64,000 nt of DNA from positions 384,001 through 448,000 of the forward strand of contig BK006945.2 in the NCBI GenBank assembly GCA_000146045.2, given 5' to 3'. This document shows positions 10,765 through 20,509 of this stretch, piece by piece (the stretch's first letter is position 1; every line of letters starts with the position of its first letter). The stretch is from TPA_inf: Saccharomyces (Eukaryota). Under the pieces are notes generated by a model. That model saw only the letters and a list, made by a program, of their open reading frames with translations, did no database searches and was not told where the DNA came from. The position numbers were made by a program, and so were the translations under genes.

Positions 10765-11520
10765 TCATATTTTTTGCAAGAATAACCTCCAAATATTCCT
10801 GGCAGCTTGTATGCCATTGTTATCCAGCTCCTGGCACTGTCTTTCGTATCTATTAAACTCTTCAAGGGTAAGCTTGTCTTGAGACTTCAAAAGCCCCTTC
10901 TGAGCGACATCACTATTGAATTCAGGGTGTCCTTGAAACGTCAGCACTCTGTTTTGCCTGTAAAATCCTTGGTTTTGACATTTTTCACTTGACGCCCAAT
11001 TTTGGTATCCCTCTGGGACATCGAACACGCAGTCACTGTGCACTTCAGAAAGATTTAATTCTTGAGCACCAAATAACTTTTGACCCACAGAGTTCAGTTT
11101 TAGTGACACAACCCCACCTTCAAACCCTTTCGGATTCCGTCCAACTGAACTTCCTAGAGCAGCCGCGATAACTTGATGACCAAAACATATTCCAGCTACG
11201 GGCGGATATTCAGTCTTGCTAGTTAGCATCTCATTTAAGAAACTTCTTAATTTCATAATCCATTCAATTTCATTATCAAATGAATCATATTTTGAACCAG
11301 TGATGTATATGCCTAAATACTCATCTTTCTGAAGATCTGACAATTGAGGGAACACGTTTTTTTGTACGTGGAACACTTCATATTCGACATCTTCTGCGAT
11401 ACATTCCAATTTCCTGGTCTGTTCTAATAGCTTGATAGCCATATCAACAAAATTGCCCCATGGTTTACTCCATTCGTTATCTTCATCTGTATAAAGAATA
11501 GCTATTTTTTTTACTGTCAT
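10765..11520 (-). CDS. Class I glutamine amidotransferase-like protein (YLR126C).
   Basis: 251 aa with a GICFGHQ catalytic-cysteine motif and a downstream HPE histidine, as in GATase1 folds. Confidence 0.8.
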   Translation of the reverse strand: MTVKKIAILYTDEDNEWSKPWGNFVDMAIKLLEQTRKLECIAEDVEYEVFHVQKNVFPQLSDLQKDEYLGIYITGSKYDSFDNEIEWIMKLRSFLNEMLTSKTEYPPVAGICFGHQVIAAALGSSVGRNPKGFEGGVVSLKLNSVGQKLFGAQELNLSEVHSDCVFDVPEGYQNWASSEKCQNQGFYRQNRVLTFQGHPEFNSDVAQKGLLKSQDKLTLEEFNRYERQCQELDNNGIQAARNIWRLFLQKI

Positions 11521-11757
11521 TATGATGTTTTCTTAGTATTTTTTTGATATAATTCAATTCTAATATATGTTAATGCATAATTTTCAGAGCTATAGCGGTA
11601 TATATTTCAAACTTTCTCAATTATCTATGTGAAATTATAAACCTTATCTGTCTTTTCTTCTGTACACCTCATCTGCCACTTCCCACTTTGGCGCGCGTTG
11701 ACATTTTGCGACAAAAAGAGATTGTTCGTGGCAGTCGTGTAAAAAACTGCACCTCAA

Positions 11758-14319
11758 TCATGAGTTTTTATGCCCATTTTTCACTATTTCATATGAACCA
11801 TTGGCAATGTACTTCAGCCTACCCTCATCGGCCAGAGTGTTTAAATATCCCTCTAATTGTTGAAGAGTAATTCGGTTATATCCCCAATCTTTTGGCACGG
11901 TAATTTTCAAAAAAGAATGGATCTTATGAAGTTTCATTGCGCCTAAATTAGTCAGCATTCCTTCGATGAATGGCAGACTTCTTTGAAGTGTCAATTCATA
12001 TTTTCTTTCTATCTCAGAATCGTTATGTAGTTCATAGTTACTGTTCTCAATCTCCATTGGGGCGGTCTTTTGTGCTTGATCAAAATCCATCTCGCTATGT
12101 TCAATAACGGAATAGGTTCCATTTTCTTTTAAAAGCACACCTTTTTGAATCCAGAAATCTAACAAATGAGTTAGCCTGGGAGGAGCAATATTTAGTGACT
12201 CAGAAAGCTGCTCTAGTGATAAACAAATTGGCTCATCATTTGGAGAATCAAACTGATTTATTACGCTGCATTGTTCTAAAGAAACGTCTAACACTAATTT
12301 CCTACCATCTTTGAAAGCTAATTGTATTTCTACTTTTCCTTTATCTTTGCATAGTTGTAACTTGCGCCCAGGTTTCAGCTGTGAGTATATATCAGAATAC
12401 TTCTGTAGCTCCCTTTCTAAATCTATTGGTAAATGAAATGCAAGATCATTAGAACCTTGTGTATCGCAGTTGTACTTCCAGTAGAGGAGTGAGATAAATT
12501 TTGGAAATATTATGGGATCCAGTCCGGCTACTTCATGCATTTTACGGCAGAGCTCCTCGCTACATTTTATATCCCAAAGCATAACATCAATGCTATTCAA
12601 ATTCGACTGGTCTGCATCTGCTGCAGGGGCTGTTGTTTCTAGGAGTCCTAATATACCGTTTGTTATATAATTGGAATGACTTGTTTCTGTGAATTTGACT
12701 ATTTTTTCTCTTATTAATTTCAAACATCGGGTCCATTTTTCATCCAACGTATAAAATTTCAAAGTGAATAATCTGTCGGTTAAGAGATTTCGAAATTCTG
12801 ATATGAAAAATTCTCTTGATTCAAATAGATCCAAAAGCACCTCAAACAAATTTGTCTTAATATAACTTGATTTGATGTTACCGGGAATCATGTCATTAGG
12901 CTCTGGTACCCAAGCTATATAATAATTGAGTATATGTTCGTATAGCATGGCGTGTCTTATTGGTAGGTCCTTGTTCAATTCCCTCTTTCCTTTCACCTTG
13001 AGGTTCCATAGAAAGGGGCTTTTTTTATTCTTGTCCCTTTTGGTGATGTTCGTATCTTGATTGATATCAGAATCGTGCAAAGTGTCTACAAGTGAGAGCA
13101 GTGCCTTCATATCTACATTGAAATTAATTTTCTCCTTTAGTTCTTCTTCAGGTAAGTCCAACATTGCGTATAACAATACATTTACTAAGTGCTTCCGCTC
13201 CTGAAAGTAAGGTTTAACAAACGTGGTTATTGAATGTAGGCATCTCCCTGTTGGATCCAGGACCAAAAATGCTTTGATAGTTTTAACATATCTCAACAAA
13301 GCGTCCACCGTAGTTACGCTGGGGTTTAGAATGTATTTCTTGAAATCAGACAAAAAAGTTGTTACAATATTTGTGTAGTCTTTAAAATCTTTCATAATTT
13401 TCCTCAATTCCAATAAAGTAACCTTTGAATCAGGATAAGCCAAAACGCATATATCAAAGATTTCATTCGTTCTTATCCTAAGAAAATTGGACTCAAAACA
13501 GTTGAAAACTGTAGTGGTCAGTTCGTGATCATCCTCTGGACAACCGACTAATTTAGAGAACTGAGACCAATATTGATTAATAAATTTGTTGAATGTTTCC
13601 ATAATCATAAACCTTTTATTCCATACTCTACTCATGTTATCTTCACAAAATTTATTGATTTTGCTGTAAAGAGCATTGACTATCAATTCCGTAGAGGATA
13701 AGGAACCATTAGCAGATTTGAGCCATTGGATTAAATTGTCTGCCAGGTCGAAATCATCATCCATTATTAATTTGTCTAATCTTGTTCTTAAATTATTTTT
13801 GAACTTTATATTTCTATTCAACAGATAATGTCTTAAAGAATTAAGTTCAAGTGCCCAGTCGTTTACATTTACGTCAAAAATAGGAACGTAACGTAAAGGA
13901 AACTCGTAATAATTTTCCCATCGTTGGATATCTTTTAGATAATTAATGTTGTTAAAATGTAAGAAAAAATGATAACGAACCTGGAAAATATAAAACTCTT
14001 TGAGCGTGGAAAAAAGTTGTAGTTGTAACTCTTTGTTTGTATTTCCCTCATTAACTATTGAATTGTTTGCCTGACTAGTGTTTATCATGCTATATGGCGA
14101 TGTGGTTGCGTTATTAGGGAAGAGAACCTTAATGATATTCTTAATACGAAGGCTTGGAGGACGTAGTTGATGGTTACTCTTGGCATCATTAGGGCTCATC
14201 CATGTAAGTAAAGAGTTCAAATCATCGACTATGTTTGTGTGAAAGATGTATGAGGAAAGTGTTTGTAACTCATCTGTAATAACTTTCAAATCTCGAGTTG
14301 GGGTAATCTGAAATGACAT
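11758..14319 (-). CDS. APC2: Anaphase-promoting complex subunit 2 (cullin-homology scaffold).
   Basis: 853 aa. The C-terminal cullin-homology and winged-helix region and the overall size match YLR127C. Confidence 0.85.
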
Positions 14320-14529
14320 GATGGAAAAACCTTAACTATAAGCCATAAATATTTACAGTCCCGCTAAGTCTGGCTTTCGTCTAGTTTTCGATATTTTGGC
14401 TCTTTTGTCTATTACTGTTTTTGTAACCAAAGGTTTGAAAATTTAGATGCAACTAATGAACTTACGCAGTAACATGCAAGTACCCAATAAAAAAAGAAAT
14501 TTTTGAAGAGACGTTCTTGCATTCAGGAC

Positions 14530-14532
14530 ATG
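14530..14532 (+). CDS. DCN1: DCN1 exon 1, consisting of the ATG only.
   Basis: The ATG at 14530..14532 is immediately followed by a canonical GTATGT 5' splice site. Confidence 0.8.
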
Positions 14533-14626
14533 GTATGTTTTTAATTTCGTTTCTTTAGTTCTCAGGCTCTTCAAAGTACTAACACTTTATTGGCAAGGGG
14601 CGCTCAAATGTGATGCATCATTATAG
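14533..14626 (+). other. DCN1: Spliceosomal intron of DCN1 (94 nt).
   Basis: GTATGT sits at 14533..14538 and the TACTAAC branch point at 14577..14583. The 3' splice site is TATAG ending at 14626. The splice joins ATG in-frame to SNNKIKRKDASPEQEAIESF... Confidence 0.8.
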
Positions 14627-15433
14627 AGTAATAATAAAATAAAAAGAAAGGATGCAAGCCCGGAACAAGAGGCAATTGAATCATTCACCTCATTAACCAA
14701 ATGTGACCCCAAGGTATCCAGGAAGTACCTGCAGCGTAATCACTGGAACATCAATTACGCTCTCAATGATTATTATGACAAGGAAATAGGGACGTTTACT
14801 GACGAGGTTTCAACTGTGGCTCATCCACCCGTATACCCGAAGGAGCTAACACAGGTATTTGAACACTATATCAATAACAACTTGTTTGATATAGACTCAC
14901 TGGTCAAGTTCATTGAGGAGCTAGGCTACAATCTTGAAGATTTAGCGACATTATGCTTAGCCCATTTACTGGGGTACAAGAAACTAGAAGAACCCTTAAA
15001 ACGAGAGGACTTCCTGTCAACATGGTTTATGCAAGGCTGTTCCACCATTTCAGACATGCAAGAGTGCATCAAGACGTTAGATGTTAAATTACATGAAGAC
15101 TTACAATATTTCACACAGATTTATAACTATGCTTTCAATTTGATTCTGGACCCAAATCGAAAGGATATAGATACAGACGAAGGCATCCAGTATTGGAAGC
15201 TATTTTTCCAACCAGAGTACCCAGTGCGTATGGAACCAGATTTGCTTGAGGCATGGTTCCGTTTCCTTCGCGATGAGGGGAAAACCACTATAAGTAAAGA
15301 CACCTGGCGTATGCTGCTCCTCTTTTTCAAACGATACCCCACTATTCAGAAAATAATAAGCGATTACGACGAAACTGCAGCCTGGCCATTTATTATCGAT
15401 GAGTTCTATGAGTGCTTACAGGATCAGCAATAA
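14627..15433 (+). CDS. DCN1: DCN1 exon 2. DCN1 is a cullin-neddylation scaffold with an N-terminal UBA-like domain and a PONY/DCUN1 domain. The spliced product is 269 aa.
   Basis: The spliced N-terminus reads MSNNKIKRK...EAIESFTSLTKCDPKVSRKYLQRNHWNINYALNDYYDKE, a UBA-like fold, followed by a conserved DCUN1 domain. The track ORF 14816..15433 is the 3' part of this exon with a non-ATG start. Confidence 0.85.
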   Translation, partial: SNNKIKRKDASPEQEAIESFTSLTKCDPKVSRKYLQRNHWNINYALNDYYDKEIGTFTDEVSTVAHPPVYPKELTQVFEHYINNNLFDIDSLVKFIEELGYNLEDLATLCLAHLLGYKKLEEPLKREDFLSTWFMQGCSTISDMQECIKTLDVKLHEDLQYFTQIYNYAFNLILDPNRKDIDTDEGIQYWKLFFQPEYPVRMEPDLLEAWFRFLRDEGKTTISKDTWRMLLLFFKRYPTIQKIISDYDETAAWPFIIDEFYECLQDQQ

Positions 15434-15527
15434 ACATCCTTTCATATACTTAAGGGTATGCTGTTTAATATTGCATGGAATACGTTACCCTTCTAAGATA
15501 GATGGGAATAAGGCGGAAATAAAAAAC

Positions 15528-15535
15528 GCGATGAG
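15528..15535. promoter_or_regulatory. PAC motif (GCGATGAG) upstream of DIP2.
   Basis: An exact PAC core, 129 bp upstream of the DIP2 ATG. This is typical of ribosome-biogenesis regulon promoters. Confidence 0.6.
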
Positions 15536-15541
15536 CAGTGG

Positions 15542-15550
15542 AAAATTTTT
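15542..15550. promoter_or_regulatory. RRPE motif (AAAAATTTT on the minus strand, extended TGAAAAATTTTCC) upstream of DIP2.
   Basis: It lies 7 bp from the PAC motif, and the paired PAC-RRPE architecture is characteristic of ribosome-biogenesis genes. Confidence 0.55.
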
Positions 15551-15656
15551 CAGAAATTTTCAGTTCCCTCATAATATAGATGTAGATATTGTATAAGGTC
15601 GTACGTATATCAGAGTAGCCACTAGAAGGACCAGAGAAACTGGAATAAGAGCTATT

Positions 15657-18488
15657 ATGGTCAAATCATACCAACGTTTTGAGCAAGCAGCTGCTTTTGG
15701 TGTAATAGCCTCCAATGCCAATTGTGTTTGGATACCTGCGTCATCCGGAAATAGTAATGGTAGTGGACCAGGACAATTGATTACGAGTGCTCTCGAGGAC
15801 GTTAATATATGGGATATTAAGACCGGGGATTTGGTCAGTAAATTATCCGATGGCTTACCTCCAGGCGCATCTGATGCTAGAGGCGCCAAGCCAGCCGAGT
15901 GTACATATTTGGAGGCTCATAAAGATACGGATTTATTAGCTGTCGGTTACGCAGATGGTGTCATTAAAGTTTGGGATTTGATGTCTAAGACTGTGCTTTT
16001 GAATTTTAACGGTCACAAAGCAGCTATAACATTATTACAATTTGATGGGACTGGCACAAGATTAATTTCTGGTTCCAAGGACTCCAATATCATTGTATGG
16101 GATCTTGTTGGAGAAGTTGGTCTTTATAAACTTAGATCACACAAGGATTCCATTACTGGCTTTTGGTGTCAAGGAGAAGATTGGCTGATCAGCACCTCCA
16201 AAGATGGAATGATCAAGCTATGGGACCTAAAAACACATCAATGTATAGAGACACATATTGCGCATACTGGAGAGTGTTGGGGCCTTGCAGTGAAGGATGA
16301 TTTACTGATCACAACTGGTACTGATAGTCAAGTAAAAATTTGGAAACTGGATATAGAAAATGACAAAATGGGGGGGAAACTAACAGAGATGGGTATTTTC
16401 GAAAAGCAAAGTAAGCAACGTGGGTTAAAGATTGAGTTCATAACAAATTCGTCTGACAAAACCTCTTTTTTTTACATCCAAAATGCTGATAAAACCATCG
16501 AGACTTTCAGAATTAGAAAAGAAGAAGAAATAGCAAGAGGTTTAAAGAAAAGAGAGAAGAGGCTAAAAGAAAAGGGGTTGACAGAAGAAGAAATTGCAAA
16601 ATCTATTAAAGAATCCTACTCCTCCTTTATATTGCATCCTTTTCAAACCATAAGATCATTGTATAAAATAAAATCTGCATCATGGACAACGGTCTCAAGT
16701 TCCAAACTTGAGTTGGTATTAACTACATCGAGTAATACCATAGAGTATTATTCCATTCCATATGAAAAAAGAGACCCAACAAGCCCTGCTCCTCTCAAGA
16801 CACATACTATTGAATTGCAAGGGCAAAGAACGGATGTGCGTAGTATTGACATCAGTGATGATAACAAATTACTTGCCACAGCATCCAATGGTTCATTGAA
16901 AATATGGAATATCAAAACACATAAATGTATCAGAACTTTCGAATGTGGGTATGCATTAACTTGTAAGTTTTTGCCAGGTGGGCTACTAGTCATACTGGGT
17001 ACAAGAAACGGGGAGTTACAGCTCTTTGATCTAGCATCATCAAGTCTTTTGGATACCATTGAAGATGCACATGATGCGGCAATTTGGTCGCTAGATCTGA
17101 CCTCAGATGGTAAACGATTAGTGACCGGATCTGCCGATAAAACTGTCAAGTTTTGGGATTTCAAAGTTGAAAATAGCCTAGTGCCAGGTACCAAGAACAA
17201 ATTCCTGCCTGTTTTAAAACTGCACCATGATACAACTTTGGAATTAACTGACGACATTTTATGTGTACGGGTTTCTCCTGACGATAGATATCTAGCCATC
17301 TCGTTGCTGGATAATACTGTTAAGGTATTCTTTTTGGACTCAATGAAGTTTTACCTAAGTTTATATGGGCACAAATTACCTGTACTATCTATCGATATTT
17401 CATTTGATTCTAAGATGATTATTACGTCTTCCGCAGACAAAAATATCAAGATTTGGGGTTTAGATTTTGGTGACTGTCACAAGTCTTTATTTGCCCATCA
17501 GGATTCGATTATGAACGTTAAATTCTTACCACAGTCTCACAACTTCTTTAGTTGTTCTAAAGACGCAGTGGTGAAATATTGGGATGGCGAGAAATTTGAA
17601 TGCATTCAAAAACTATACGCTCATCAGAGCGAAGTTTGGGCTTTGGCGGTTGCTACTGATGGCGGCTTTGTTGTTTCTTCATCCCATGATCACAGTATAA
17701 GAATCTGGGAAGAAACCGAGGACCAGGTATTTTTAGAAGAGGAAAAGGAGAAAGAACTTGAAGAACAGTACGAGGATACATTGCTAACTTCTTTGGAAGA
17801 AGGAAACGGTGATGATGCATTTAAAGCTGATGCATCGGGTGAAGGCGTTGAAGATGAAGCATCCGGTGTTCATAAACAGACTTTAGAATCGTTAAAGGCT
17901 GGTGAAAGACTTATGGAGGCGCTAGATTTAGGAATTGCTGAGATTGAAGGTTTAGAGGCATATAACAGAGATATGAAGCTATGGCAAAGAAAGAAGTTGG
18001 GTGAAGCGCCAATAAAACCACAGGGTAACGCTGTTCTAATTGCTGTGAATAAAACTCCTGAGCAATATATTATGGATACCCTGTTAAGAATAAGAATGTC
18101 TCAGTTAGAAGATGCACTGATGGTTATGCCATTCTCATATGTCCTCAAATTTTTAAAATTTATTGATACCGTTATGCAAAACAAAACTTTGCTGCACTCT
18201 CACTTACCATTAATTTGCAAGAATTTATTTTTCATTATCAAATTTAATCATAAAGAATTGGTTTCTCAGAAAAATGAAGAATTGAAATTGCAAATAAATA
18301 GAGTAAAGACTGAATTAAGAAGTGCATTAAAATCTACCGAGGATGATCTAGGCTTTAATGTTCAAGGGTTGAAATTCGTCAAGCAACAATGGAATCTAAG
18401 GCATAACTACGAATTCGTTGACGAATATGACCAACAGGAGAAAGAGAGTAATAGTGCAAGGAAGAGAGTTTTCGGGACCGTTATATAA
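15657..18488 (+). CDS. DIP2: U3 snoRNP / SSU processome WD40-repeat protein (UTP12 family).
   Basis: 943 aa with multiple WD40 repeats (GHKAAITLLQFDG..., WDL motifs) and a C-terminal Utp12 domain. Confidence 0.85.
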   Translation: MVKSYQRFEQAAAFGVIASNANCVWIPASSGNSNGSGPGQLITSALEDVNIWDIKTGDLVSKLSDGLPPGASDARGAKPAECTYLEAHKDTDLLAVGYADGVIKVWDLMSKTVLLNFNGHKAAITLLQFDGTGTRLISGSKDSNIIVWDLVGEVGLYKLRSHKDSITGFWCQGEDWLISTSKDGMIKLWDLKTHQCIETHIAHTGECWGLAVKDDLLITTGTDSQVKIWKLDIENDKMGGKLTEMGIFEKQSKQRGLKIEFITNSSDKTSFFYIQNADKTIETFRIRKEEEIARGLKKREKRLKEKGLTEEEIAKSIKESYSSFILHPFQTIRSLYKIKSASWTTVSSSKLELVLTTSSNTIEYYSIPYEKRDPTSPAPLKTHTIELQGQRTDVRSIDISDDNKLLATASNGSLKIWNIKTHKCIRTFECGYALTCKFLPGGLLVILGTRNGELQLFDLASSSLLDTIEDAHDAAIWSLDLTSDGKRLVTGSADKTVKFWDFKVENSLVPGTKNKFLPVLKLHHDTTLELTDDILCVRVSPDDRYLAISLLDNTVKVFFLDSMKFYLSLYGHKLPVLSIDISFDSKMIITSSADKNIKIWGLDFGDCHKSLFAHQDSIMNVKFLPQSHNFFSCSKDAVVKYWDGEKFECIQKLYAHQSEVWALAVATDGGFVVSSSHDHSIRIWEETEDQVFLEEEKEKELEEQYEDTLLTSLEEGNGDDAFKADASGEGVEDEASGVHKQTLESLKAGERLMEALDLGIAEIEGLEAYNRDMKLWQRKKLGEAPIKPQGNAVLIAVNKTPEQYIMDTLLRIRMSQLEDALMVMPFSYVLKFLKFIDTVMQNKTLLHSHLPLICKNLFFIIKFNHKELVSQKNEELKLQINRVKTELRSALKSTEDDLGFNVQGLKFVKQQWNLRHNYEFVDEYDQQEKESNSARKRVFGTVI

Positions 18489-18793
18489 TAAAACTATTAT
18501 CCTACATAATACCGGCATTACTCTGCCCTTTTCACACTTCAAAAGGATAGATTAAATTATCTGTATATTATACAATTCCAATCATAAAAATTGTCATTCC
18601 GATTGCCCTTCGGTAATAATGGGCATATCCAAATAACGGAATATGTGTTTTTTATACTTATTGGTCGCTGACATATGCTGTTTTTTGCGAGATGTCTCTC
18701 GTCTCTGCAGAGCAGTTGTAAAATTATAGGTCATGCATTTTTTTTTTTTTGATAATGAATAACTATCTAATCTAACAAAATATACGTGAGATA

Positions 18794-20062
18794 CTATGCC
18801 CATTTCCCTAGAAGAGCCATTAAAGCAGCTCCACAACACATGATGAGATATGCACTAAGCATTTTTTTGAGGCCATCAGGTCCTTTGAATTGATTAGAGT
18901 ATAAGAATTCATGAGCCATTAATTCGACTAGTCCAGTATAAATAAGAATTCCTGATGATATCGAGTCAAAAACACCATTAGCAATTAATGCTCTTCTAGA
19001 GCCAGGTATCCAAGAGTGTCTGACACCAATACCTACCGCGACTGCTATGGGTGACGTTAAAGTGAAGGCTAATCCCATTAACCAAGGCATGTACTTCTTA
19101 CTTTCTGGCCAATTCGTTTCGGCAACTCTTGTGCCTAGACCCAAACCTTCGAACATTTGGTGGAAAGTTAAAACGATAAATAAGGTTTCGAATTCTTCAC
19201 CCGCGACAGATAGCGAAAGACCCACAAATACAGAGTGAAAGATGATGCCAAATTCTAGAATAAAAACAGCTAGTATCTGATTGAGATACTGCTCTTTATC
19301 TTCCTCCTCGATACGTGTGGCCAACTGGGAGACATCTTGATGGTCATTTTCGTGAGAATAATGATCTTTTCCAGGTACAGAAGCGAGATTTGTCGCATGG
19401 GAACTGGTTGGAACTAGTTCATTAGCTAGTGACTCTGTTTTTCCCGGTTCCAGATCATAATTAGTAACATTTGAGCCGGGTTCTTTTTCCTTTATAGGAG
19501 TAGCGACAATCTCTTCATTTCTAGTAGTGTACGGAGTTTTGTCATTATGGATGGAGTAGGCAGCTTCGTTATTGAAAGATACAGGATCCGAGTCCATATT
19601 TCTGATGACAAATCCCGAACTGGGAGCATCAACATCAATACTGGTAACTTCCCCATGGTCCCCATGATCGTGTCCCAGCGTTTTCGCTACAAAATAATGC
19701 GTGATGATTTCAGTGAAGAAAAGTAAGAAAAGCGACATTAAACAGATCCCAAAAGCCCATGGATATTCGGCAAATGTGCCACCAAGACATTCATCTCCCA
19801 GAGCTTCGGCTGCGGGCTGTAGAAGATGAACGAACGCTGTGGCAACAATGACACCAGAACCGAAGAACTTCGCTATGAAAAAGCACCAATTTGGTAGCCT
19901 TATAAACGAATACCGTGATGACAAAATTGGGAAATAAACTCCCAATCCTGACGATATCAGTATAATGAATACTGCCAGAATTCTAAGACCTGCGTGCCCA
20001 TTGTAGCCGTTAGAAGCTTGGCAAGTATCTACGGAGTCATCCCTCGCTATAAGATCAACCAT
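18794..20062 (-). CDS. ZRT2: ZIP-family low-affinity zinc transporter.
   Basis: 422 aa. The eight-TM ZIP topology carries a His-rich cytosolic loop (HDHGDHGE) and conserved HSVFVG/EGLGLG motifs. Confidence 0.9.
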   Translation of the reverse strand: MVDLIARDDSVDTCQASNGYNGHAGLRILAVFIILISSGLGVYFPILSSRYSFIRLPNWCFFIAKFFGSGVIVATAFVHLLQPAAEALGDECLGGTFAEYPWAFGICLMSLFLLFFTEIITHYFVAKTLGHDHGDHGEVTSIDVDAPSSGFVIRNMDSDPVSFNNEAAYSIHNDKTPYTTRNEEIVATPIKEKEPGSNVTNYDLEPGKTESLANELVPTSSHATNLASVPGKDHYSHENDHQDVSQLATRIEEEDKEQYLNQILAVFILEFGIIFHSVFVGLSLSVAGEEFETLFIVLTFHQMFEGLGLGTRVAETNWPESKKYMPWLMGLAFTLTSPIAVAVGIGVRHSWIPGSRRALIANGVFDSISSGILIYTGLVELMAHEFLYSNQFKGPDGLKKMLSAYLIMCCGAALMALLGKWA

Positions 20063-20225
20063 ACTTTCGAATATGCAGTGTCACTTGGAAACGCCTGCAA
20101 TGTTTTCTTTGGTTGATGCACCGTTGTATTTTCGGAGATCAACTTTAGCTTTCTTCCGGTCTAACCAACAGGGTGTATGATTCAATAAACAGTATCATCA
20201 TATATAGTGGGTTTTAGATCGTGTC

Positions 20226-20237
20226 TCCCAAAAGGTT
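20226..20237. promoter_or_regulatory. Degenerate ZRE-like element (rc ACCTTTTGGGA), about 165 bp upstream of ZRT2. It may be a low-affinity site.
   Basis: It matches ACCTTNAAGGT at 7 of 10 defined positions, close to the expected TATA / start region. Confidence 0.25.
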
Positions 20238-20313
20238 GCGTCATTTAAAATCGTCACACTGTGTTTTACCAAAGGATGTGTGAAGCTGGTTTGTAGTAGT
20301 TAAAGGGCAATGT

Positions 20314-20324
20314 ACCCTAAAGGT
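20314..20324. promoter_or_regulatory. Zap1 ZRE, ACCCTAAAGGT, about 250 bp upstream of the ZRT2 ATG.
   Basis: An exact consensus 11-mer in the opposite orientation to the site at 20363. Confidence 0.7.
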
Positions 20325-20362
20325 TGTGAAAAATTTTCATTTTCGAGAAGGAGTCGCATATA

Positions 20363-20373
20363 ACCTTTAGGGT
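20363..20373. promoter_or_regulatory. Zap1 zinc-responsive element (ZRE), ACCTTTAGGGT, about 300 bp upstream of the ZRT2 ATG.
   Basis: Its reverse complement ACCCTAAAGGT fits the ACCYYNAAGGT consensus exactly. Confidence 0.7.
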
Positions 20374-20509
20374 TATGTCCCTATAAACGATGACTATTGC
20401 CTTTTTTGGCCCTTAAGACTACAGTGTACGTAAATCGTAAAGAAATAAATGTATTATATTATTGTTACTATTATTTATTATGTTAATATCATGCATAGAT
20501 AAATGTTCG

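Noticed and set aside
16748-17299. A 183-aa ORF antisense to DIP2.
   Set aside because: It lies wholly within a well-supported WD40 gene on the other strand and has no domain.
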